In this document: positions 23,473 to 31,535 of the stretch, one piece after another
Layout: each line of letters begins with the position of its first letter
Numbering within the stretch: position 1 is the stretch's first letter
NCBI RefSeq assembly: GCF_018398935.1
Contig: NZ_CP074694.1
Span: 2,010,001 to 2,042,000, forward strand
Reading direction: 5' to 3'
Length of the DNA: 32,000 nucleotides
From: Telmatocola sphagniphila
Lineage (GTDB): Bacteria; Planctomycetota; Planctomycetia; Gemmatales; Gemmataceae
Notes under the pieces: model-generated
Told to the model about the DNA's origin: nothing
Databases searched by the model: none
What the model saw: the letters and a program-made list of their open reading frames with translations, nothing else
Position numbers and translations under genes: made by a program

Positions 23473-26216
23473 GTCCACTAGTAACGCGTGAAGGCCAGAA
23501 TTCGCCCGCAACAATCCTCCGCAAATTCGAGGACTTCGGATTCCCGTCTGTCGACCTTGTGAACCCCCCCCGGAGGTTCTGGGCCGACAGAGATGCGCCA
23601 GGACCGGTGGTCGAGACGCAGGTCGACGCTCGCCGGGTAACTCCGCTCCCAAGCCCCTCCGGTCTTCTTGCGAACCTTCCAGTGGATGATAACTGGCCAG
23701 CCCAAACTCGGCGTAGCCTCGCCCGGTTGTGGGCTTACTATCTTGTGTGTGAAGACCCGCTCCGAAGACTCGACGCCCGGCCCGTTAACACACTTGCCCA
23801 TCAGGTTAGCCTAGTGCAACATGTGCTCGAGACCGAGCACCTCCGGCGCGTCCTTGTGGCGGATGAGGTCGGGTTAGGAAAGACGGTCGAGGCAGGATTA
23901 ATAATCCAGCACCTGCTCGAACAGTCACCGGGTCTGCGGGTACTGTATCTCGCTCCTGCCCGGTTAGTCACAAACGTATGGCGCGAATTTGAACGGCTGG
24001 GATTACACTTCCGGCAATGGTCGGCGAGTGAAAATACAGCCAATCTGACTGACCCACTCGTCGTTGCGAGTATCCATCGGGCGGTTCATGGCAGCAATGT
24101 CGAACGAGTGCTCAGCACTTGGCCCTGGGACGTGATCGTGGTAGACGAATGCCACCACTTGTCAGACTGGGCGGCGGGAGGCGGTGACCCACGAGAAAAG
24201 TTTAGACTGGTGAGGGATTTGATCGCTCATCAGCCTTCAGGTGCTCGAGTGATCTTTCTGAGCGGCACTCCGCATCAAGGGCATGCCAACCGGTTCGAGA
24301 ATCTGCTCGGATTGTTGCGAAAACCGGACGAACCAGCCGAGGCGTTGGCCGGACGAGTTATCTACAGGACGAAGGAGGACGTTCGCGACTGGAACGGTAA
24401 CCCGCTTTTCCCGACTAGGCAAGTAAACCCCCCAATCCTAGTAGACTTAGGACCCGAATACCGGGAATGGGTGCAGCACATACACGACTTCTTCCGACCA
24501 CCGCCCGGCGACCCAGGCCGGGCAGATGCCAAGCGGCGTGCGGCTGGATGGCGATGCGCGCAGGCGCTCCAGTGGGCAACGTCTAGCCCGCAGGCTGGTC
24601 TCGGTTATCTAGTAAGACAGGCGATTCGAGCACGCTGCGACCTTGGCGATGAGCCGCTCGAGCAGGCTATTGCCGCACTCAGACCATACCGCCGCGGACC
24701 GGTCGACGAACCTGTTGAAAAACTCTTTAAGCGAATCCAGCGTGAGGTCGGTCCGTCTAACGAAACGGACGAAATCGAGGACATTGAGGAGGAGGGCCAG
24801 AACGAAACGCGTGAGTACGGACGCGCACTAACCAGGCTATTAGCTGAGGGGGTTCGCCTAGTCAGGTCATCGGCGGATGAGAAATGGGCAATCGTAAAGA
24901 GGGAGTTGCTAGATCCTCACGGTGACGAAAAGGTAGTGCTATTTGCCCAGCCAATCGAAACGGTGATGGCGATTGCCCAATACCTAGAGCGAACGAGTGG
25001 AGCTCGCCCGGCTCTAATCATCGGCGGCCAAAGTGAAGCCGAGCGGGAAGCCGAAGTAGCAGCATTCTGGCGGCCTGATGGGCCACGGTTTCTAGTGTCA
25101 TCGCGCGCTGGTGGCGAGGGGATCAACTTGCAGATCGCTCGGCGTTTAATTCACATTGATGTTCCGTGGAATCCGATGGACATGGAGCAGCGAGTCGGTC
25201 GTGTCCACCGGTTTGGATCACGGCGAACCATTATTGTGGACACTGTAGTTGTTACCGACAGCCGGGAGGCTCACGCCTATCGAGTCGCTCGCCAGAAGTT
25301 GGAGTTGATCGCCCGCGCCCTCGTACCTTCGGAACGATTCGAGGCTGTGTTCTCTCGGGTGATGGGGCTAGTTCCCCCGGAAGAACTACAGGATGTTTTG
25401 ATACAAGCGGCCGCCGGGCCACTCTCCGACCGGGATCAGGATGCAATTAATCGGATGGTTCAAGAAGGTTTCGGGGCCTGGCAGGCCTTCCATGATCGGT
25501 TCGCCGATAGACAGCGACAGATTCGACAACAAGATCCTGGGCTGGCGACCTGGGAGGATGTAAGCCGATTTCTTGCGGAATATGGAAACGTCGAGACTCG
25601 TGAAGGGTTCAGAGCGCTTCGATTCACTCGGACGGGCGATCAAGTCGATCCAATCGAACAGCCGGTGAATGTGGTAAACCTCGGTGACCAAGAGCAGTAC
25701 GTCTGCGGAGACGTCGGTGGTGCGCCCGTCTTCGGGCCGGACGGCAAACAAGCTCGTCAGCTTGGTCTCAACCTTCCTCCCGTTGCAGAACTTCTTCGCC
25801 GTCTTGCATTCGCTACACCAGCGGGCGCCGCCGTGCTAAGGGTGACTAACGAACTTACACTTCCGGGCGTGGACAACTCCACGCCATTAGGAGTTTTGAT
25901 CTTTGCACGGCAGACGGTTCGCCCGGACCCCCGTTCTGGACACATCGAGATCGGGTGTTCGCTGCCATGTTACATCCTCACCGCTGATAGTAACCCTGTA
26001 CCTGTCGAAGGGCCTCTGAAGCGGGCTCTCCTCTACGCCCTATTTGACGCCACCGTCGCGCGGGTCAGGCCAGAGCCGGTTGACCAGTTGATTGCAGCTA
26101 TCGGAAGGTCTGAAACCGAGATCGGGAATCAGCTCCGTTTTCCGTCGGAACAGGAAATGCAGTCTGGAGTGCGACATGCCGTCACTCCGCTTCTTGCTGC
26201 CTTGGTACTCAGGTAA
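23469..26216 (+). CDS. SNF2-family (SWI2/SNF2, RapA-like) helicase/ATPase with unassigned N- and C-terminal regions
   Basis: 915 aa. Motif I ADEVGLGKT (nt 23862-23885). Motif II VVDECHHL (DECH at 24144-24155). Motif III FLSGTPHQG. Motif V SRAGGEGINLQ. Motif VI WNPMDMEQRVGRVHRFG. The GTG start overlaps the GTPase stop (GTGA). Confidence 0.9.
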   Translation: MSPLVTREGQNSPATILRKFEDFGFPSVDLVNPPRRFWADRDAPGPVVETQVDARRVTPLPSPSGLLANLPVDDNWPAQTRRSLARLWAYYLVCEDPLRRLDARPVNTLAHQVSLVQHVLETEHLRRVLVADEVGLGKTVEAGLIIQHLLEQSPGLRVLYLAPARLVTNVWREFERLGLHFRQWSASENTANLTDPLVVASIHRAVHGSNVERVLSTWPWDVIVVDECHHLSDWAAGGGDPREKFRLVRDLIAHQPSGARVIFLSGTPHQGHANRFENLLGLLRKPDEPAEALAGRVIYRTKEDVRDWNGNPLFPTRQVNPPILVDLGPEYREWVQHIHDFFRPPPGDPGRADAKRRAAGWRCAQALQWATSSPQAGLGYLVRQAIRARCDLGDEPLEQAIAALRPYRRGPVDEPVEKLFKRIQREVGPSNETDEIEDIEEEGQNETREYGRALTRLLAEGVRLVRSSADEKWAIVKRELLDPHGDEKVVLFAQPIETVMAIAQYLERTSGARPALIIGGQSEAEREAEVAAFWRPDGPRFLVSSRAGGEGINLQIARRLIHIDVPWNPMDMEQRVGRVHRFGSRRTIIVDTVVVTDSREAHAYRVARQKLELIARALVPSERFEAVFSRVMGLVPPEELQDVLIQAAAGPLSDRDQDAINRMVQEGFGAWQAFHDRFADRQRQIRQQDPGLATWEDVSRFLAEYGNVETREGFRALRFTRTGDQVDPIEQPVNVVNLGDQEQYVCGDVGGAPVFGPDGKQARQLGLNLPPVAELLRRLAFATPAGAAVLRVTNELTLPGVDNSTPLGVLIFARQTVRPDPRSGHIEIGCSLPCYILTADSNPVPVEGPLKRALLYALFDATVARVRPEPVDQLIAAIGRSETEIGNQLRFPSEQEMQSGVRHAVTPLLAALVLR

Positions 26217-26267
26217 GTCACTCAATCGTATTCTCCAAAGCAATATGTGTAAACGCCGGTCGAAAAG

Positions 26268-26650
26268 GGGTTCTGTCGCACAGTTGGTGACGAGCGTTGG
26301 TTAGAATGTCTTTAGGAATTCATTCTGACAGGACGCAGCATCATGACTATGCAGGACCTCTTTCCTCAAGAGGCCGGTTTGGTCGTTACCGATTTCGCTC
26401 TCACTCCGGAACTCTTGGCAATCGCCATTCAATCCACCAAGCCCCATTCTGCCTGTCCCAACTGCGGTCGAATATCGGACCGCATTCACAGCCATTATCA
26501 GCGTGTATTGGCGGACTTACCCTGGCAAGCTCGCCGAGTACTACTCAGGATCGAACTGCGAAAATTTCGATGCATGAATGCCGCTTGTCCCAGGCAAATC
26601 TTCTGTGAACGGCTACCTCATGTATTTGCTTCCCATGCTCGAACAACTGG
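26268..26650 (+). mobile_element. ISL3-family IS, 5' remnant (IR plus transposase N-terminal zinc-finger region)
   Basis: ORF 26343.. reads ...CPNCGRISDRIHSHYQRVLADLPWQARRVLLRIELRKFRCMNAACPRQIFCERLPHVFASHARTT. This is the zf-ISL3 signature (CPxCG...RxLxDLPxxGxxVxLxxxxRRFxCxNxxCxxxxFxERLP). Homology ends at about 26650. The GG-initiated putative IR ggttctgtcgcacagttgg at about 26268 resembles the end at 858. Confidence 0.75.
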
Positions 26651-27030
26651 TAATCCTTGTCGAAAACGGGCCCAGGTACTCATTAAAATCCTTGTCGAAA
26701 ACGGGCCCACCCCTCAACGTCTTCCTGTAAACTGGTTTCCCCTGGAGGGATCCCAGACTGCAGGAGGCAGAGGATGGTCAAGGTGGACGAATACGCGAGA
26801 ATACGTCAGGCTCATCGAATAGATAAGATGGGCATCCGTGCACTGGCCCGGACTTTTCATCATTCCCGGCGGAAGATCCGTCAGATTCTCGACGAGCCGG
26901 AACCCAAGCCGTACCAGCGACGAGCCATGCCATCGCTGCTCGACTCTTTCACGGCGATTATTGAGGAGATCCTGCGGAGCGATCGAGAAGCTCCCCGCAA
27001 GCAGCGACACACCGTCGCTTACTATGAACA
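26651..27030 (+). mobile_element. IS21-family IS, left end with subterminal direct repeats and istA 5' fragment
   Basis: Two copies of aatccttgtcgaaaacgggccca contain a TGTCG... terminus-like motif. They are followed by an IstA N-terminal HTH reading MVKVDEYARIRQAHRIDKMGIRALARTFHHSRRKIRQILDEPEPKPYQRR..PSLLDSF...APRKQRHT. IstA homology stops near 27020-27035. Confidence 0.7.
26652..26709 (+). repeat. 23-bp direct repeat x2 (IS21-type multiple terminal repeats)
   Basis: aatccttgtcgaaaacgggccca occurs at 26652-26674 and 26687-26709, both perfect. Confidence 0.85.
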
Positions 27031-28141
27031 AGGTAATCCGGAATATCGGCGATTGATTGCAGAACTTGAAGGATTGACCGTCTCCTCGGCAGAGGACAAG
27101 CTTTTCAAAGGAAATGCTCTGGCACTCCACTACCCCGCGGACGGACTGCGGCTGATAGACCAAGCGCTAGCGGTACGCCCCTCCACTCTCGGACACCTGC
27201 TTCGGGCCGATGCGCGGTCAGAGCTTTCCCAAGTTGTAGGTGATGTTGCTAGTGCCGAGGACGCCGTTTCCTCCACAGAACTCGCTAAGCAACTCTTGCC
27301 TGACAACCCTGCCCGATTGGGGAAAAACTGCACCGCCCATTTGACTGCTATGGCGGCGTATGAAAGAGCCGGTAATTCGACAAAAGGTGCCGAACACTTG
27401 ACTACGGCGGCCGCTGACGCCGCGAAAATGGCTCGCTTCGAAAGAAATCCGACAGCCATCCTCTATCGCTACGATGTGGCCGCTATTATTGACGGGCTTG
27501 AAGGCAAACTGGACCGTACGTCGGAACTGCGTGCTGCACGTTCCGGTCGCCACGACCTGCTCTTGACGATCTACGAGGCGGACAACTGGCTTGCCCTGGG
27601 CAACGATCAAGAAGCCGAGAAAGTGGCGAGCGAACTCCCAAGTTCAGGAACCGGATCCTTAAGAGTCTTGGCGGCCCTGGGGAGAATAGACGGTCGCACT
27701 GTTGCTCTAAATGCCATTGATCGTTATGCCGGTCCTGATTCGAAATGGAAAGCCCGTTATACAGCCGCTCCCTTCCTATTCGCGTTGGATCGGGCGCGAT
27801 GTAGCACTCTCCTTAAGCCGCTTCTCCAGGAAAATGACCCTATCGCCCGACCGGACGAACTCGCCGAGTCCAAACGAAACCTCTCGATGTTGGCGGGTAC
27901 GATCTCGGAATCGGATCTGCTATCCGCTCCGGCTCGTGGCCCGGTGGAGCTGTGCAACCGTCAATACTTTGTTGCCTGGAAGCGAATGGGGGAAGGAGAT
28001 CGCGAGGGGGCTATCAAAGCATTTGAAGAGTGCTATCGTTACAAGTTGGTCGATCACGCCGCGTGGGTGCACGCTCGGATCATCCTCATCCGAATGAAGG
28101 ATCCGAATTGGCCGCAGGCCCTTTTGACGAAAAAGCATTGA
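26774..28141 (+). CDS. Chimeric ORF: IS21 IstA N-terminal HTH (about 82 aa) fused in frame to a TPR-like helical-repeat protein C-terminus
   Basis: 455-aa open frame. The first about 82 aa are IstA-like. The rest (...LCNRQYFVAWKRMGEGDREGAIKAFEECYRYKLVDHAAWVHARIILIRMKD) looks like TPR or Sel1-type helical repeats. It is probably a truncated host gene captured behind an IS fragment. Expression is unknown. Confidence 0.55.
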   Translation: MVKVDEYARIRQAHRIDKMGIRALARTFHHSRRKIRQILDEPEPKPYQRRAMPSLLDSFTAIIEEILRSDREAPRKQRHTVAYYEQGNPEYRRLIAELEGLTVSSAEDKLFKGNALALHYPADGLRLIDQALAVRPSTLGHLLRADARSELSQVVGDVASAEDAVSSTELAKQLLPDNPARLGKNCTAHLTAMAAYERAGNSTKGAEHLTTAAADAAKMARFERNPTAILYRYDVAAIIDGLEGKLDRTSELRAARSGRHDLLLTIYEADNWLALGNDQEAEKVASELPSSGTGSLRVLAALGRIDGRTVALNAIDRYAGPDSKWKARYTAAPFLFALDRARCSTLLKPLLQENDPIARPDELAESKRNLSMLAGTISESDLLSAPARGPVELCNRQYFVAWKRMGEGDREGAIKAFEECYRYKLVDHAAWVHARIILIRMKDPNWPQALLTKKH

Positions 28142-28488
28142 ACGAAAGACGTTTCACGATTCGAGCCAATGAACTCGCATTGCGCCGCGAAGCCGAACGC
28201 GAGAAAGCTCCTCGATCAACTTGAGATGATCAAAATACCTGCCGAGCCGGCACGACCTTGCCGTTTTCATTTGTTAGAGAGACCGTATTTTGATATGCAT
28301 TCCGATCGTTTCCAAAGTCCCGCGCTGGGGTTCCGACTTTATGGGTGGTTGGTGAAGGAACGTATACTTCGACTAACTAATCAGATCGGGGAAAGGCTAC
28401 TTTTCAAAATTCAGACTCTTTCAGAGTTCCTAATTAATCCACAACTTTCGGATCTTCTGGCGTCGACTCAAGATCTCAAGACCGACTG

Positions 28489-30780
28489 TCACTTCCCTTC
28501 CTTTAAGAACTTAATTGCACGTTCCAGCACTTCGTCTTTGTTTTCACGGATACCTGCGATAGTTGGTTTCACTTCTATGTGCGGTACCAAGCCGATTCGT
28601 TGAATTTGTCGGCCATCCACATGCCGAACTTCGTGGCCTGAAAAACGAACGGATAACCCACCGGGAAGGGTGAAATTGGTGACGTCGCCATTAGCGCCGG
28701 CGGTGTGACTGCCGATGAATGTGGTGCCGCAAGCTGCCTCAAAATACAAACCGGAATGTTCGGCTTGGCTGATCGAACGTTCGTCGATCAGCGTGACCGT
28801 CTTACCTTTGTATATCCACTTATCTGTTTTCGGTAACGGCTGGTAAAAGCTGACCCGGCCTTGATCCTGAAGGTGATCGTCGTCGACCTTTAAGAAACCA
28901 TCCAATAGCTGACGGTAGTAGAGAGCGCCATTTCGAGCCCCCTTAAGATTCAAACGAGGAGCGATCGCCCAGGCCGTACCCTGCGGATAGCTGCGTAAAT
29001 CGAAAATAATCGACTCCGTCTCTTTAAATTCCTCGAACATGGCATCGACCTGCCCTGTCGTCAATCGCTCGAGATCGACGTAACCTATGTTGCCGGGAAG
29101 TACTCGAAAAATTTTGTCTTCTGAGTGCAACGGCGTTTGCAATAAATACTTTTTCTTTCGCGCCAAAACCACTTCTGTCGTTTTGTTGTTGCCGTCGAGC
29201 AAACCAATTTTGACTGCAGTTCCTTCACGGCCGTTTAAAAGTCGTCTCAGAGTAACATACTCGTGCCATTGAGCCGTTGAGGAAGGTAGATACTTGCCGA
29301 TTCTTTTCATGCTTGCATTTACGGGTTCGCCTTCGACAGACACTAAAACGTCGCCAACATGCATGCCGGCCTCTTTCGCCATGGCCTCATCTAACAATTG
29401 TGAAATGACCGGAACTTTCTCGACGTAACAAAGTCGGATAGGAACCGTCGCATCGCCAAAAAACTTTGTCAGTTCAGGCCCGGAAACTCCCGTATGACCA
29501 TCCGGTACGTGAGTGGAAAGTTCGGCAACTGTGAGTTCATATTCGCGAGCATTGGCGGCTGACTCAAATTTTGGGATAAACCGGGTTAAAATCGTGTCCC
29601 AATCGTCATCTAACAAAGACATATAAGGGTAGAAATAATGAATAACGTTCCAGAAGCGGAACAAGGCTAGCAATCGATACTCTGCGTCGGGAAAGTGCAT
29701 TTCATCGTATTTTTTGTCCGTCCGCCAGTCAGGTGTCATCGCAATCGGGGCCGCCTTGATGGCGGACTTGGATTTGGGAGAATTTTGAATCAACTCGAGG
29801 GCCGTTTTAAATGCTGGACCTTTTAGGCTCCAATCGCCATTTACCGGAACCTCTTTATCGGCGGTTATTGGAACAACTCCTTCCGAAGAGATCATCTCAG
29901 ATGTTCGCACGGAGACAATGATGCCCTTGGATAAATCCACTGTTTTCGCTGAGAAGAGCGATTCTTCAGGGAACCGTCCCTGCGACACTATGTACGCATT
30001 ACCGGCACGCTGAAGCGCAATAGCGAGCATTGGGATAACTGAATCGGGATTGACGAGAAAGACGATTTTTTCTGCTTTGACGTTGTCGGCGGCAAAGAAA
30101 ACTTCGGGGGCTTTGGTAGAAAAAGCGGAGTAATATTCTCCCGATGTAATACCAATCTGTGGTCGATAACCCGAATGAATAAGACTCCGCAAAGCCGGTG
30201 CCTGAACTTGCTTTGCATGAAGGAGATCTTGAATATCGATAAGTGCAAGCTCACTAAAAAAAGTCAGTCCGCCGGCTTCGGGATTTCGAAGGTCTATGAT
30301 CACGGCCCTCGCTTTCAGAACCTCTTTCCGAAGTTCTTCACGCCAGGTGATACTCTTCGCATAATCCGTAACTGCATTCGGGAAAATCGCCAACACTTCA
30401 TTTTCGATCCAGCTGAAAAACTTCGGAGCATTTTTGCCGTTGTTCAGATCAGGAAAACCGTTCTTCGACACGATAGGCTTGCGAACCACCCGCGTAGCGG
30501 AATCGCCGAGAGTGTTGAGCATTTCCTGAACGACCTGCACAAATTCGTCCGCATCTTTTGCGGCACGCACTTTGGGCAGCGCCTTGATTAAAGCCGCATC
30601 CCAGTCAATCTCCTTGTAAGCGAGAGAGGGATGCAAATAACGAACAGTTCCCCAGACTTTGCAGAGCCTAGCGATTCGATCGATGCGAGCTTCATCTAAG
30701 GGAGGAGGTTCAAATGCAAAACTAGTTTTACCAAATATCGCGAGTGATAGAGCCAGAGCTATGAAGTGGGAGTACAGCAT
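28489..30780 (-). CDS. Secreted S41-family (C-terminal processing / tricorn-core-like) peptidase with PDZ-like insert
   Basis: Signal peptide MLYSHFIALALSLAIFGKTSFA. PDZ-like VGDVLVSVEGEPVN. S41 core GKTVTLIDERSISQAEHSGLYF...FIGSHTAGANG...GLVPHIEV. I chose ATG 30780 because GGAGG lies 5 nt upstream. The ORF track extends to 30792. Confidence 0.8.
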   Translation of the reverse strand: MLYSHFIALALSLAIFGKTSFAFEPPPLDEARIDRIARLCKVWGTVRYLHPSLAYKEIDWDAALIKALPKVRAAKDADEFVQVVQEMLNTLGDSATRVVRKPIVSKNGFPDLNNGKNAPKFFSWIENEVLAIFPNAVTDYAKSITWREELRKEVLKARAVIIDLRNPEAGGLTFFSELALIDIQDLLHAKQVQAPALRSLIHSGYRPQIGITSGEYYSAFSTKAPEVFFAADNVKAEKIVFLVNPDSVIPMLAIALQRAGNAYIVSQGRFPEESLFSAKTVDLSKGIIVSVRTSEMISSEGVVPITADKEVPVNGDWSLKGPAFKTALELIQNSPKSKSAIKAAPIAMTPDWRTDKKYDEMHFPDAEYRLLALFRFWNVIHYFYPYMSLLDDDWDTILTRFIPKFESAANAREYELTVAELSTHVPDGHTGVSGPELTKFFGDATVPIRLCYVEKVPVISQLLDEAMAKEAGMHVGDVLVSVEGEPVNASMKRIGKYLPSSTAQWHEYVTLRRLLNGREGTAVKIGLLDGNNKTTEVVLARKKKYLLQTPLHSEDKIFRVLPGNIGYVDLERLTTGQVDAMFEEFKETESIIFDLRSYPQGTAWAIAPRLNLKGARNGALYYRQLLDGFLKVDDDHLQDQGRVSFYQPLPKTDKWIYKGKTVTLIDERSISQAEHSGLYFEAACGTTFIGSHTAGANGDVTNFTLPGGLSVRFSGHEVRHVDGRQIQRIGLVPHIEVKPTIAGIRENKDEVLERAIKFLKEGK

Positions 30781-31013
30781 GTTGACCTCCATTGGTTTAC
30801 GGCAAATTTGTCGAGTATAGCAGTTCCCGATTGCTGATCGCGTTTTAGATTACGGCCACTATTGCGATATTCGGTGAATCCATATGTTTACAGAGGTCTA
30901 ACGCGACACTCGAAAACTGCATCGATTTTGATACTGCAGTAATATAAGCTATTGGCGATTCTGTGCCAGTAGCTGGTAAAGTTTCTCACGAGTCGGGTAT
31001 ATGGAGGGGCTTG

Positions 31014-31535
31014 ATGGGGGATGAACAAAAGATCCGGCGATGGTTGCTTGCGGTCAGCGTCCTAGCAGTTGTCGCAGCGGTTGCAGCCTGGTGGTTCTCC
31101 CCCGGACAGCAGCAGAAGAGGTGGACCGCTGCACTGATCAACGCCGTACAATCTGGCAACCAAAAAGCCGTTCAGGCAGCCTTCGATGATGGGGCTGACG
31201 TCAACTCCCGCGACTCCGATGGCATCACTATTCTGATGCATGCAGCCCGTGGAGACCAACCGGATATTGCCAACCCTGCCCCCAGTGACAACCCCGAGAT
31301 CGTGGAGCTGCTAATCCATCGTGGGGCAGACGTCAACGCCAAGACGGACTCGGGGTTCGTAGCATTGTTCTGGGCCGCTCGATATGGACACGCGCGGGTC
31401 GCCAAAGTGCTCATAGCCAATGGCGCGGAGGTGAACGTCAAGGATAAAGAATCCATGACGGCCCTACGGTGGGCTAATACCAACCAGCATACCAAGCTGG
31501 TCGAGTTGCTAAAGGAGGCCGGGGCCAAGGAGTAA
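31014..31535 (+). CDS. Membrane-anchored ankyrin-repeat protein
   Basis: N-terminal TM helix (WLLAVSVLAVVAAVAAWWF). At least three ANK repeats (DSDGITILMHAARGD; NPEIVELLIHRGADVNAKTDSGFVALFWAARYGHARVAKVLIANGAEVNVKDKESMTALRWA). I chose ATG 31014 because GGAGGGG lies just upstream. The longest ORF starts at GTG 30963. Confidence 0.8.
   Translation: MGDEQKIRRWLLAVSVLAVVAAVAAWWFSPGQQQKRWTAALINAVQSGNQKAVQAAFDDGADVNSRDSDGITILMHAARGDQPDIANPAPSDNPEIVELLIHRGADVNAKTDSGFVALFWAARYGHARVAKVLIANGAEVNVKDKESMTALRWANTNQHTKLVELLKEAGAKE

Noticed and set aside
26652-26709. Direct repeats considered as a mini CRISPR array.
   Set aside because: There are only two 23-bp copies with a 12-bp spacer, sitting exactly at an IS21-type terminus. 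This fits IS21 multiple terminal repeats, not CRISPR.
28169-28603. 144-aa plus-strand ORF between the TPR-like ORF and the peptidase.
   Set aside because: It overlaps the 3' end of the peptidase gene on the opposite strand and has no motif or RBS. It is probably non-coding convergent-terminator space.
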